Part shown: positions 35,356 through 45,090 of the stretch, piece after piece
Layout: each line of letters begins with the position of its first letter
Position numbering within the stretch: position 1 is the stretch's first letter
IMG/VR virus record: IMGVR_UViG_3300027969_000039
Span: 62,001-126,000 of that record
DNA: 64,000 nucleotides
Strand: one strand, 5' to 3'
Made by a program: the position numbers and the translations under genes
The notes under the pieces: model-generated
The model's database searches: none
What the model saw: only the letters and a program-made list of their open reading frames with translations
What the model was told of the DNA's origin: nothing

Positions 35356-37367
35356 TATTGCTGTCCTTGTTGTTGTAGTAACTGTTTTGCCTTTTCTACA
35401 CTAAGCATTGGGCGAGGATGTGATCCATCTATAATACTTTGTAGATATTCTGCACTATAACCACTTGGTGCTTTTGCTGCTGGTTGTTCATCTGATGGTG
35501 CTACTTGAGTAGCAACTGGTTTACCAGTTAAACGATTAATACCAGGATCTTGATCTGGTAGTACACGACCGTGTGCGGCACCGCCTAATGCCATAGCACC
35601 TGCTAATGCTGCACTACCTAATGCGCTTTTCCAGCCTTCATCTACTTGGTGTACACCTGAAAGTATTGCTGATTCTTTTATTGGTACACAGTTATTAACT
35701 CTAGTATCACCCTTCATCTTAGTGCCTTGTTTTTTATAACCAGTCCAGCATTTAGGATCCATACGTTGTTTTTCTTCATCCATAGTTTGATTACCACTAG
35801 CTTGATCAATTCTGCGTTGTAAGTTAGCTTGCTCATCCGGGGTTGGAGCACCTGGATTACCTCCTGACACTCTTAAGTTTGCAGGTTTTGGTTGTTTTGC
35901 ATTACTTGGTGCTGCTGCTTGTTGACTTTGTTGTGCTAATTTACTAAATTCTTTAGCACCATAACTTACTGCCGCAGTTCTATTTCTTCTCTTTAAACTA
36001 TTTAATCCATCTAGTACATCATCTATTGCATCTTTAGCATCATCGACCGTTCTAAAAGATGATGGTCCAGATGATGGTGCGGCTGCTTGCCCTGCACCAC
36101 CTGATGCTGCACCAGCTGATGGTGCGTATCCTCTACCGCCACTTGCTGCTGACATGCCTGAACCTATTCTACTAGCTGGTACATTACTAGTTGTAGCTGC
36201 ATTGCTTGTAGTTTGTGGTGCTGATGCTCTGGTTTCAGGATTGACTTCACCAGTGTGACCCACATGTTGCATAGCTTGATTGGCTCTTGATGCGTCATAA
36301 CCTGTCATTTTACCGCCACCGTATGCATCTTTCATTCCGGCATATGTTCCTTTTACACTACCAATTGCATCACCTACCCCACCCGCCATACGACCCAATA
36401 ATCCTTGTTTGGGTTGTGCCGGCTGAACCGGTAACGGCTTTGCAGCAGGAAGTTTAAAGTTAGTAAATAAATTATTCAATGTCTCCTGTGGTACACCTGC
36501 TTTAATCATAATATCTGCAATTTGATCACTATCGGTTGGCTTATTTGCTTTATTCCATGCTTGCAATAATTTGTCAGCAGTAATCTTTGTTGTTAAGTTT
36601 TGCCCTTTGGTTTTAGCCCAATCTAGTATACCTTCATCAACTTGTTTTTTATGCTCATTAACTATTCTACCAATTAATCTATAAATTTGTGATTCAGATA
36701 GTTCAAATGATTCATTTCTCATTTGTAGACCATTGACTTCACCCGGCTTAGCAGGAACTCTTTTTGGTGCTATCGCTGATAGTGCAGAAGTAGCCGTAGT
36801 TGGTGGTTTAGGTTGTACTCTAGGAAATTTACTAAAATCACCTGTATCTGTTCTTGTACCATCTGATGGACGACCAACAAGTTCTGTACCTTTGTTTAAT
36901 GCAGCAGTTGCAGCAGCTTGTCTTTGTTGTCTTGCTGCTTGTGCAGCTTGTCCTGCAGGAGTAGTTGGTTCTTCTGCTGCTGAAACTGATGGATCTGCAC
37001 TTGTTGATTGTTTTAATCCTGAAGCTGCAACTGGATTAGGAGTGCTAAACATATCTTTAACTTTGCCAATTGCTGTTCTATTGTTGCCGCCACCTACTAA
37101 GTTAGCAGCACCACCTGCTGATTGAATCTCTTGTGCGCTTTTGAAAATTTGTTGAATTTGTTGAGGGTCAACTGCAACTCCTTCTTTAATTTTTTTTGCA
37201 TCATTATCAAATTGTTTTTTAGTAGCAGTATTGATACCTTTAAAACGTTTGTCGCCTTTTTTGAAGTCACCTTCACTATCAGCTTTGCTAGCATTAGCCG
37301 CAGCAGCAGTTTTGTATTTTGCCAACTTGTCGTTAGATAGTTCTGCTAAAAATTCATTGGTTCTCAT
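35355..37367 (-). CDS. modular putative internal-head polyprotein
   Basis: MRTNEFLAE leader; Ala/Gly-rich linkers; joints IKEG, VDEG and MDEE; CWTGYKK...NCVP module. Confidence 0.7.
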   Translation of the reverse strand: MRTNEFLAELSNDKLAKYKTAAAANASKADSEGDFKKGDKRFKGINTATKKQFDNDAKKIKEGVAVDPQQIQQIFKSAQEIQSAGGAANLVGGGNNRTAIGKVKDMFSTPNPVAASGLKQSTSADPSVSAAEEPTTPAGQAAQAARQQRQAAATAALNKGTELVGRPSDGTRTDTGDFSKFPRVQPKPPTTATSALSAIAPKRVPAKPGEVNGLQMRNESFELSESQIYRLIGRIVNEHKKQVDEGILDWAKTKGQNLTTKITADKLLQAWNKANKPTDSDQIADIMIKAGVPQETLNNLFTNFKLPAAKPLPVQPAQPKQGLLGRMAGGVGDAIGSVKGTYAGMKDAYGGGKMTGYDASRANQAMQHVGHTGEVNPETRASAPQTTSNAATTSNVPASRIGSGMSAASGGRGYAPSAGAASGGAGQAAAPSSGPSSFRTVDDAKDAIDDVLDGLNSLKRRNRTAAVSYGAKEFSKLAQQSQQAAAPSNAKQPKPANLRVSGGNPGAPTPDEQANLQRRIDQASGNQTMDEEKQRMDPKCWTGYKKQGTKMKGDTRVNNCVPIKESAILSGVHQVDEGWKSALGSAALAGAMALGGAAHGRVLPDQDPGINRLTGKPVATQVAPSDEQPAAKAPSGYSAEYLQSIIDGSHPRPMLSVEKAKQLLQQQGQQ

Positions 37368-37369
37368 AA

Positions 37370-39475
37370 TTATGCTTTCTTATTTTTGATAGATTTTTTG
37401 CTTTCGTATGCTATAGAAGCACCGGGTCTAGAAGAAGATGTATATCCTCTATCTTGTAATCTTGCTGGTTCATCACCAGTAGCTGAATATGGAGTGTTAC
37501 TTAGATTGTTTGAATCATGTTGTCTCTGATATTCTTGGTTAGATGCATCCATTTCATCTTTACTAACTAATGGAGGTTGAACATCTGCACGATGTAATTT
37601 GAAATTATAAAACTTGATACCTTTTGATTTCATAAAATCTTTAACTGCTTCTGAAGCCTGTCCCGGGGAGTTATATTCTGTTCCAAGATTGATATCTTTT
37701 GTAATTGATTTACCATCTACTTGAAAAGTAATTTGAGCAACAATAGGTTGTATTTCATGTGCATGTGCTCCTGCCCCGCCCAATGCAGCAGCACCTGCTA
37801 GTGCAGCACCTGCTAAATTACTTTTCCAACCTTCTTCTACTTTTTTCTTAGCAGCATCCCATGCAGCATCAGTCTTTACATTGTATTCTTTGCCACCAGC
37901 GCCAATGTCAGCAACTCTGCTACCAATATCTTTTTTAGTTTTTACAACAGCTTTATTGTGTTTGTTCACACTCTTTTGCATTAATTTACCGAAGTCTGGA
38001 TTGCGTTTAAGGGCCCGTTCATCTTCTGGACTTCTTGAACTTGCTGCTGCTGTTCTCAAATCACCTAAGTCAAATGCTTCCCTCATTCCTGCTACTTTGC
38101 TACCTTGAGTGTTAGCTGCGGTACCGGTACGGCTGGCTTTCATCTTATCTCCACCGCCACCAATGTGTCTACTACCATAATCGGTCTTGTCTGCCTTGCG
38201 TGGCTTTTTATATGGTAATTGTTGAACATTACCACCTTTACTTAAAAATGCTTGTAATGCAGAATCATCTTCCGCTACACCTTCAGCACTATCAGTAGCT
38301 AATACATCTGCAACTGTGCCAATATGATCGTTTGCTACTGTGATATAACTGTATTCCCATGCATCTAATTGATTACCTTGCTTCAACATCTGATGTATCT
38401 GCTTGCAATTCTTTGCAATATTACGCAACTCTCCCATAGCCATTTGTGGAATCTGTTCTCCACCATCACTATCTTCGTATGCAAGTCCACCGGCGATAAC
38501 ACCAGCACCTTCCGTTACCCCTTGCTCTGCTTGATCCATGTACCATTTAAGAATTTTTAGTAATTCAGTAAGTGATTCTTGCCCTTCAGGATTACAGTAG
38601 TTCTTAGCCATTCTAGCTAAGTCGTACATTGTTCGTAAGTTGCTGGTGCTTACATCACCTTCATTCATACCTATCTTACGCATCACCGCTGGAGAAGCGA
38701 TTTTTTTTATCGCTTCTTTTTTTCCTACTTGTGCTGCCCTATTGCTTATTTTTTGTGATACATCATCATAATGTTTTGCCAATGGATTCATATAGCCGCC
38801 ACCTAATGCATTATGCACCTCAGGCTTCATTGCTTGATTACTTTTGTTTTTAGCTAATTGTGCGGATCTTTGTAACAGATCAGAACTGAGTTCATTGATA
38901 GCATCACTATCAGGTTGCATCTCTTGACTGCTGATTAGATAATCCATCACATTAACCATCATACCTTTTGCTGCGCCAATCTTCTCTGATACCCACTCGG
39001 GGAATTCAGATTGAACGGATAATCTCTTATCTAAATCACTAGCAGCACGGGCGATAGTGTGTAGACTGTTCTTTAATGTGTGACCTTCGTGTTCACCATG
39101 GTCTAAGTCATGCTTAACAAATCCAGTTCTTCTTAGTCTACCTTGACCCGGGATAACGATTAAGTCTTGTTCTGCAATTTCCTCTTCGTTGACTTTTGTC
39201 ATGCTTGCTTTGATTTCAGCTTTTGTTTTTCCATATTTCTTTTGAAATTCAGCAGTAGTTAACTCTGTTAAATCTATTGATAGTTCTTTAACTTTGCTTT
39301 CTGTAATGCTATTAGCGTAAGGCCCTTTCTTTTTAGCCTTCCCTTTCATTACTTGTTGTACAGGTTTCAGTCCCGGAACATTAACATTTTCACGGGTTTG
39401 AGTCATCATAGGCTTTGCTACGGTTGCGACTGACCCTGCTGTGGTTGAATTTTCTACTATTTGCTTAAATCTCAT
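37370..39475 (-). CDS. modular putative internal-head polyprotein
   Basis: MRFKQIVE leader; joints QGVTEG, EGVAED, INEL, MNEG and VEEG; ATAAATA upstream (39505-39499). Confidence 0.7.
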   Translation of the reverse strand: MRFKQIVENSTTAGSVATVAKPMMTQTRENVNVPGLKPVQQVMKGKAKKKGPYANSITESKVKELSIDLTELTTAEFQKKYGKTKAEIKASMTKVNEEEIAEQDLIVIPGQGRLRRTGFVKHDLDHGEHEGHTLKNSLHTIARAASDLDKRLSVQSEFPEWVSEKIGAAKGMMVNVMDYLISSQEMQPDSDAINELSSDLLQRSAQLAKNKSNQAMKPEVHNALGGGYMNPLAKHYDDVSQKISNRAAQVGKKEAIKKIASPAVMRKIGMNEGDVSTSNLRTMYDLARMAKNYCNPEGQESLTELLKILKWYMDQAEQGVTEGAGVIAGGLAYEDSDGGEQIPQMAMGELRNIAKNCKQIHQMLKQGNQLDAWEYSYITVANDHIGTVADVLATDSAEGVAEDDSALQAFLSKGGNVQQLPYKKPRKADKTDYGSRHIGGGGDKMKASRTGTAANTQGSKVAGMREAFDLGDLRTAAASSRSPEDERALKRNPDFGKLMQKSVNKHNKAVVKTKKDIGSRVADIGAGGKEYNVKTDAAWDAAKKKVEEGWKSNLAGAALAGAAALGGAGAHAHEIQPIVAQITFQVDGKSITKDINLGTEYNSPGQASEAVKDFMKSKGIKFYNFKLHRADVQPPLVSKDEMDASNQEYQRQHDSNNLSNTPYSATGDEPARLQDRGYTSSSRPGASIAYESKKSIKNKKA

Positions 39476-39528
39476 GACGGTTTCCCAAAGTTATAGAGTA
39501 TTTATCAAAATACCATAATAAGGAAACT

Positions 39529-40935
39529 TTAGATTTTGCCGTTTGCTTTAGCTGTTGGGGGTATTCCAGCACGACTGGTGTTCCAGTAGAATGCTTTTGC
39601 GTTCTTTTTTATACTGTCAGGGTGTACATCTACAGTTAGTGCTGTCTTGAATCGCGGGTCATTCTTTTGTTTTTCGCTTGGAATATATCCACTTGCTTCA
39701 CTTATTCCACCACGATATTGATTATCTTTAACGCCAGCATAAGGACTTACTGGTGGAGTTTTTTCTGCTGCAAATTGCATGGTGTTGTATTCTTCCGCCA
39801 CACCTTTTACTTTTGGATCTAAATCTTTCAAGCTATTCACATCACCTTGCTTGCGCCACTTTGACCACATTTTTTGTCCAGCGGTAGTTTGTGTTTCAGA
39901 AGGCAATACATTGACACCTAACATGCGAATCAAAGCATACATATTTGCGGCTATACCTTGTCCTTGATATTTAGGATCGACTCTGGTCTTCATGCTTGTT
40001 ACACCTTGCACTTCACCTGTATATAGATTTCGTGCTTTGGCAAATTGTGCATCTCCAATTGGATTGAGATTTTTTTTATCATATGCTTTGATAGATAAGA
40101 AATCATTTTTCTTCCCTGCATTTGTAACATGATAAAGTATTCCGTTTATGTCTTGTTTGAAATCTAATCCTGGTTTCCATAACTCATTGTTGAATTGTTC
40201 TTCTTCATCTATGTTCTGATACATAGTCTCAAACGATAACTTCTCACTATGTAACTTGTCTCTTAAATCATATAATTTTGTAATATATCCTTGACTACGC
40301 AACATCTTATATGCTAAATTTTCAGGACCAAACTCACCACCTTTATCTAATCCTGCTTGTCTATATCGTTTGATCGTGTCTATTATATGTTTTACTTTAC
40401 TATATTTTCTTGACTGTAGTGCTATCTCTATCAAACCTAATAACTTTTCATACTTGCTTTTAGTAGAAGTTTGGTCAAAATCACTTCTACGCTTAGTGGG
40501 TATTCTTATCCACTGATCATTCATTACACTGTATTCACCTAAACTTACAACAGGTTGTCTACTGTCTTGTACATATAATTCTACTGGAATTTTATGAATT
40601 GTTATATCATGTGTATCATTGTATATTGTTTTCTTTGCTGTAAATAACTCTTTATATACTTCATTGGTAGGTAAATTACCCATGTCTACTAATATATGTA
40701 AATCTAAATCACTGTGCTTTGTGTAGCTAAATGCAGCATTACTACCTGAGATTGTTATGTCTTTTACATCTAAATCATGTACACCTAATTCTTCTAAAAA
40801 ATCTGCTGCTATCAGCATAAGCTGGTCTCTAACATCTGGTCGCAATTTAGTTTCATTCCATAACTTAGGATTAAGTTTATCGTGGAATGTTACCGCATCA
40901 CTTAGTTTAAAGCTATTAAGTTCTTTTTGATTCAT
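39529..40935 (-). CDS. Pol-beta-family nucleotidyltransferase fused to a GNAT module
   Basis: GSNAAFSYTKHSDLDLH (GS..DxD) and VELYVQD; VDPKYQGQGIA (GNAT motif A) followed by KGVAEE. Confidence 0.8.
   Translation of the reverse strand: MNQKELNSFKLSDAVTFHDKLNPKLWNETKLRPDVRDQLMLIAADFLEELGVHDLDVKDITISGSNAAFSYTKHSDLDLHILVDMGNLPTNEVYKELFTAKKTIYNDTHDITIHKIPVELYVQDSRQPVVSLGEYSVMNDQWIRIPTKRRSDFDQTSTKSKYEKLLGLIEIALQSRKYSKVKHIIDTIKRYRQAGLDKGGEFGPENLAYKMLRSQGYITKLYDLRDKLHSEKLSFETMYQNIDEEEQFNNELWKPGLDFKQDINGILYHVTNAGKKNDFLSIKAYDKKNLNPIGDAQFAKARNLYTGEVQGVTSMKTRVDPKYQGQGIAANMYALIRMLGVNVLPSETQTTAGQKMWSKWRKQGDVNSLKDLDPKVKGVAEEYNTMQFAAEKTPPVSPYAGVKDNQYRGGISEASGYIPSEKQKNDPRFKTALTVDVHPDSIKKNAKAFYWNTSRAGIPPTAKANGKI
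39793..39804 (-). repeat. exact copy of the GGTGTGGCGGAA repeat
   Basis: + strand TTCCGCCACACC; variants at 38270-38281 (GGTGTAGCGGAA) and 38510-38521 (GGGGTAACGGAA). Confidence 0.9.
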
Positions 40936-40997
40936 TTTTTTGGGTCAGGTGGAACGGGAGGGAATTTCTTTGGAGTTTTATGTCTAAACCAACTCAT
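40932..40997 (-). CDS. 21-aa Pro/Lys-rich leader ORF (not in ORF track)
   Basis: MSWFRHKTPKKFPPVPPDPKK*; ATG 5 nt after ATAAATA; stop overlaps the NTase ATG. Confidence 0.4.
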   Translation of the reverse strand: MSWFRHKTPKKFPPVPPDPKK

Positions 40998-41016
40998 ATA
41001 TGTATTTATTACTATA

Positions 41017-41553
41017 TTATAAATCTAGTATTTGACGAGGTAACCAAAGTTCATATATATTTTTATCGATCGGAGTATCTACGCATTTAGATAAAGATTC
41101 AACTGCTTTTCCGTCAATAATATCTTCTAAAGATATTAAATTTTTGACTTGTGTATTAACAAATTCAGAATATTTGATTATATTTTTTGCATATTCTTCT
41201 GTAGAATTGAAACCTATATCATTTTTATACCAATCTTTATGCTGGTTAAGTTTGCTAAATCTACCTGCTGCCCATAATGCAATTTTAAAATCAAAGGTTA
41301 TTATAGATATAATTTTATGTTTTTTTTCAATATGATATTCCATTTGATGACTTGGCAAACTTAGATATTTATTTTTCATGTTATTAATGTAAATATCTTT
41401 TTCTTGGTCTGTTTTAAATAATATAGGACATTTTAATTTGTCTCTTTCATCTTGAATTACTATATAATCATTTTCTAAAATAACGCCGGTTGGATCAATC
41501 ATCGCGGTAATTAAATCCCCGCAGCATCCACCCATAAAAGAAACAATATTCAT
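41017..41553 (-). CDS. AT-rich hypothetical protein (possibly sulfotransferase/kinase-like fold)
   Basis: VSFMGGCCGDLI N-terminus; visibly lower GC than its flanks. Confidence 0.55.
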   Translation of the reverse strand: MNIVSFMGGCCGDLITAMIDPTGVILENDYIVIQDERDKLKCPILFKTDQEKDIYINNMKNKYLSLPSHQMEYHIEKKHKIISIITFDFKIALWAAGRFSKLNQHKDWYKNDIGFNSTEEYAKNIIKYSEFVNTQVKNLISLEDIIDGKAVESLSKCVDTPIDKNIYELWLPRQILDL

Positions 41554-41561
41554 TGTATTAG

Positions 41562-41583
41562 AAAAGCCCCTTTCGGGGCTTTT
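41562..41583. terminator. intrinsic terminator (bidirectional form)
   Basis: AAAAGCCCC-TTTC-GGGGCTTTT immediately after the GT-A gene stop. Confidence 0.85.
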
Positions 41584-42513
41584 TTATGCTGCTTTTACTG
41601 ACTTGATTTCGTTGCCATCTTTGTCAGTTAATTTCATTCCCAGACTTTGTTGTTGTTCTAAGAACATTGGTCCCACTGTCTTAAGTAGATGTTCTTGATT
41701 TTCCATACAGAAAACATAACTACCGCTGTGACGCAATAGAACACGCTTGTCCATCCAGATACGACCACCTAAGTCACGCCAATTTTCGCAGAATGTCCAA
41801 TCTTCGCTGTAGTAGCGATTCTGACGAACTGCTGTGTCAAAATATGTTTTCAAGTATTGATCATACATTGGATCTAATCCAATGTCGTTCTTGTATTGCT
41901 TAACAGCAGGGTGAGTATTCAATTTCTCAAATACATGTTTCTTCATTAACAAGAAACCTGTACCTGCTTTAGATACTTCTTGCAATCCATCTGGTCCTTC
42001 TTCTGCACCTTCAAATCCGTTAACTACCCACTTGATAGGCATAGTTTTCATTGGGTACAATCCACCGATAACGTCTACGTCACGGTTCAATAGAACTAAT
42101 AGATGCCATGGCTCCCAACCAATGTCAGCGTCAACAAAGAACAAGTGTGTTGCATCTGGCATAGCTAAGAACTTAGCAGTTAGTGTGTTACGGGCACGAC
42201 TGATAAGACTTTCGTTGACCATTGTTTCCAATGTCCAGTCAATGTTCAATTGACGGGCTGTGTTAGCCCACTTGATGAAACTCATAAATGTTGATTCAGT
42301 CAACATACCACCATAGCAAGGCATAGCGATATGCACTTTGGTTGTACGCAAGAAATCTACATTTACTTGTACTTGGCCTGCTACTGGGGTTTGATCTGCT
42401 GGAGCATCTGCTTTTTGTGCTTGCTCTGCTGCCGCTTGTTCAGCGATTTCTTGTACCTTTTCTACTGGTACTGTTTTTTCTTCTTTAGTTGCTTTGGGTT
42501 TTCTTGTTGCCAT
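41584..42513 (-). CDS. GT-A (GT2-like) glycosyltransferase-related protein
   Basis: IAMPCYGG, SLISRARN, FFVDADI (DxD) and SEDWTFC motifs. Confidence 0.75.
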   Translation of the reverse strand: MATRKPKATKEEKTVPVEKVQEIAEQAAAEQAQKADAPADQTPVAGQVQVNVDFLRTTKVHIAMPCYGGMLTESTFMSFIKWANTARQLNIDWTLETMVNESLISRARNTLTAKFLAMPDATHLFFVDADIGWEPWHLLVLLNRDVDVIGGLYPMKTMPIKWVVNGFEGAEEGPDGLQEVSKAGTGFLLMKKHVFEKLNTHPAVKQYKNDIGLDPMYDQYLKTYFDTAVRQNRYYSEDWTFCENWRDLGGRIWMDKRVLLRHSGSYVFCMENQEHLLKTVGPMFLEQQQSLGMKLTDKDGNEIKSVKAA

Positions 42514-42570
42514 ATGGTCCTCTTGTTAAGATATAATTATTTACATCCTACAGAGGGGTACGAAATATTT

Positions 42571-44289
42571 TTATTTTTCGTCTAGGTAATCAAATTTAGG
42601 TTCAACAGGTAATCCGTCGCTACGCTCACGCTTTTTCATTTGTTCGCTGTCTCGTGCGGCTCTTAGTTTAGCGATAGGTGCCCCATCACCTGCTAAGTCT
42701 TTTGCCACATGAGCCATAACATCACTTTCTTTTTCCATTACAGTTGCTATACCAACACCAACGCCTAAGCTAGCTAGTGTATATTTGAGTGTGTCTACCC
42801 AATTCTTGCCGTTCATTCTTGCACCCACTGCAGGGACGATTGAGTTCAATATACCTTGCATCATTAGATTAGTTTGATAGGGTGTTAGTTGTATATTATT
42901 AGCAAGATTTATTGCGCCACCGCCTAGTAGTGCTGCTATAGCTGTAATGATTCCACCTTGTAAGTATGGATTGTGTTTACCTTCTTTAAATATATCAATC
43001 AACTTTTTGCGAACAACTGGGTCATCAGTCTTTTGTAATAAGTGTCGTGCTTTCTCTACATAGTTTTCTACTTCTTGTTCTTGTGCTTTTTGCATTACAG
43101 GTGTATAGAACTTCATAGTAGCATCAACTATTGGATCAGTTTCTTTATCTTCTTCAATAGGTTCAGTAGTAGCACCCATCTTCATTTTTTCTTGCACCGG
43201 CATTGCCTTCTTAACTTTTTTAGTATTGTACACTCCAAATTCTCCACCACCGTTGGTTTGGCTTGTCCAACCTGGTAATGACGGTAATACTCTTTTAATC
43301 ATTCTAGCATACAACGCTCTACGACCGGGTTCTGCGGCTTGGAAATATAACAATGAAGGTTTAAATTTTTTCACATACTGAACTATAGCATTGACTACAA
43401 TTCCAAACACTTCTGCGGCTGCCCCTGTACCTTCGATACCCTGTTTAACAACTGGAAATCCGCCTTTCATATCCTGTGTAATTTGTTCAAAACTAACAAA
43501 TTTGCTATTTTCATATACTTCGTCTGAATCAACATAATCATATGGACTCATGTTCTCTGGTCCAATATATGGTTCTAAGAAATCCAATTGATATTCTACT
43601 CCATTGCTAGCAGTGAAGTTAAATTTAATCATATCAGGATTACTAGTGTCCCATTGTGAAGTAGCTGTAGATGCTTTAGTATCAAAAACTTCTTGTAAAT
43701 TAACATCAACACCCATGCCAGCATCTAATAGCTTAACGACATTTGCTGCTAATGCGGGGTTACTTTGTGTAGCTGGATACAAACTCATTACCATTGCAGT
43801 CTTGCGTTTCTCGTTTAGTTTAGGCCACATTGCACGAATCTCACTTGCACTGGTAATGCCAGGACCAAACTCTACTGTTGGTAGATATTCAATGTAAGCA
43901 TGTTGTCCAAATGGTTTTAAATCTTTGCCTGTGTATGGTTGAAAGTATGCAGGACTTCCATCTTTCTTTGTGCCACCTGGTTTAGGTTGCTCATTCTTAT
44001 CTTTTTCACTACGCACAAATATTAATACATCACTGTCAGGATTATACTTGCTTGTTATTTCTTGTGGTCTGAATGGACTACGAACTTGTACAAATTGTCC
44101 TTTCTTTACACCTGCTACTTTAGCAAGTTTTTCTTTGATTGCAAAAGGAAAAGGTCTTTCACTAGTATCGTCTGATGCCGCAACATATACATCAGCACCC
44201 GGAAAGGTTTGTAATGCTGATTGATATAGTGAGGCATGACCCGCATGAAACGGGTGAAAGCCTCCGGGCATTACGACTATTGTACTCAT
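42571..44289 (-). CDS. HxGH nucleotidyltransferase fused to additional modules
   Basis: PGGFHPFHAGH, VRSEKD and SASEIR; then a domain shared with 58507-59604 and a hydrophobic module. Confidence 0.7.
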   Translation of the reverse strand: MSTIVVMPGGFHPFHAGHASLYQSALQTFPGADVYVAASDDTSERPFPFAIKEKLAKVAGVKKGQFVQVRSPFRPQEITSKYNPDSDVLIFVRSEKDKNEQPKPGGTKKDGSPAYFQPYTGKDLKPFGQHAYIEYLPTVEFGPGITSASEIRAMWPKLNEKRKTAMVMSLYPATQSNPALAANVVKLLDAGMGVDVNLQEVFDTKASTATSQWDTSNPDMIKFNFTASNGVEYQLDFLEPYIGPENMSPYDYVDSDEVYENSKFVSFEQITQDMKGGFPVVKQGIEGTGAAAEVFGIVVNAIVQYVKKFKPSLLYFQAAEPGRRALYARMIKRVLPSLPGWTSQTNGGGEFGVYNTKKVKKAMPVQEKMKMGATTEPIEEDKETDPIVDATMKFYTPVMQKAQEQEVENYVEKARHLLQKTDDPVVRKKLIDIFKEGKHNPYLQGGIITAIAALLGGGAINLANNIQLTPYQTNLMMQGILNSIVPAVGARMNGKNWVDTLKYTLASLGVGVGIATVMEKESDVMAHVAKDLAGDGAPIAKLRAARDSEQMKKRERSDGLPVEPKFDYLDEK

Positions 44290-44729
44290 TGTTGATTGCC
44301 TGTTATTGCCTGTAATAAGGCTCTGGCTACTACACGGTCTTTTTCTTGTTCTTCATCTGATAGTTGAGCATATGGAATGTTCATCAACTTTTCGCGCTGC
44401 TGAAGTTTTGCTTCTAATTTACCGGCAGCTTTTAGTTTCTCTGTGTCATCAAATTGTTCTGGGTGTGCTACAAACGCTTTAGCAGTTACATTCCATCCTT
44501 GATGTATCGCATCACTAATCTTTTCAATATCTTTTTCACCTGCTGTAATTGCTTTCAAAGCAAATTCAGCCGACTTCATATTAGCTTTCCATCCAAATGT
44601 ATTGCCAGGACTACTGCGACCATAGTGGTATGCATCATCCAATGCTTTGTCACTTATTTGTGCTAGTTGACCAATGTCCATGCTTTCGTTTAGCATGTCA
44701 ATATATTTTCTAAAAAGTTCTGTACTCAT
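44286..44729 (-). CDS. RyR-repeat-like domain protein
   Basis: AIHQGW...PYAQLSDEEQEKDR pattern; leader ending MLNE. Confidence 0.6.
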   Translation of the reverse strand: MSTELFRKYIDMLNESMDIGQLAQISDKALDDAYHYGRSSPGNTFGWKANMKSAEFALKAITAGEKDIEKISDAIHQGWNVTAKAFVAHPEQFDDTEKLKAAGKLEAKLQQREKLMNIPYAQLSDEEQEKDRVVARALLQAITGNQQ

Positions 44730-44730
44730 T

Positions 44731-45090
44731 TTAATAACTCAACTTTACAAAATTAACTACACCTTGTTGGAAATCTACAATCTTTGCTCTCATGTACACA
44801 AAGTTACCGGTAACATTTGTATATTGACTTGCGTTTGGATTATCACTTCCATTGAATTCATACACATCAAACCATTGATTTTCAAGTGATGCTGGATTTG
44901 CTAGTGTAGCTTGGATAACGATGTTACCTACAATGTTTGACACACTAAGGTTAACTGTCTGTAAATCTCTATTACCTAAGTAATAAGCAGCAGCAGGTTG
45001 AGCATTACCTACAACCGTGTAGGGTGCTGCATTACCTGGATTTACATAGGCTGTCTGCGGTAGCAGAATAAGTGTAGTAGATTGGCTCAT
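44731..45090 (-). CDS. hypothetical beta-rich protein (possibly virion)
   Basis: 119-aa ORF in a late operon. Confidence 0.65.
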   Translation of the reverse strand: MSQSTTLILLPQTAYVNPGNAAPYTVVGNAQPAAAYYLGNRDLQTVNLSVSNIVGNIVIQATLANPASLENQWFDVYEFNGSDNPNASQYTNVTGNFVYMRAKIVDFQQGVVNFVKLSY

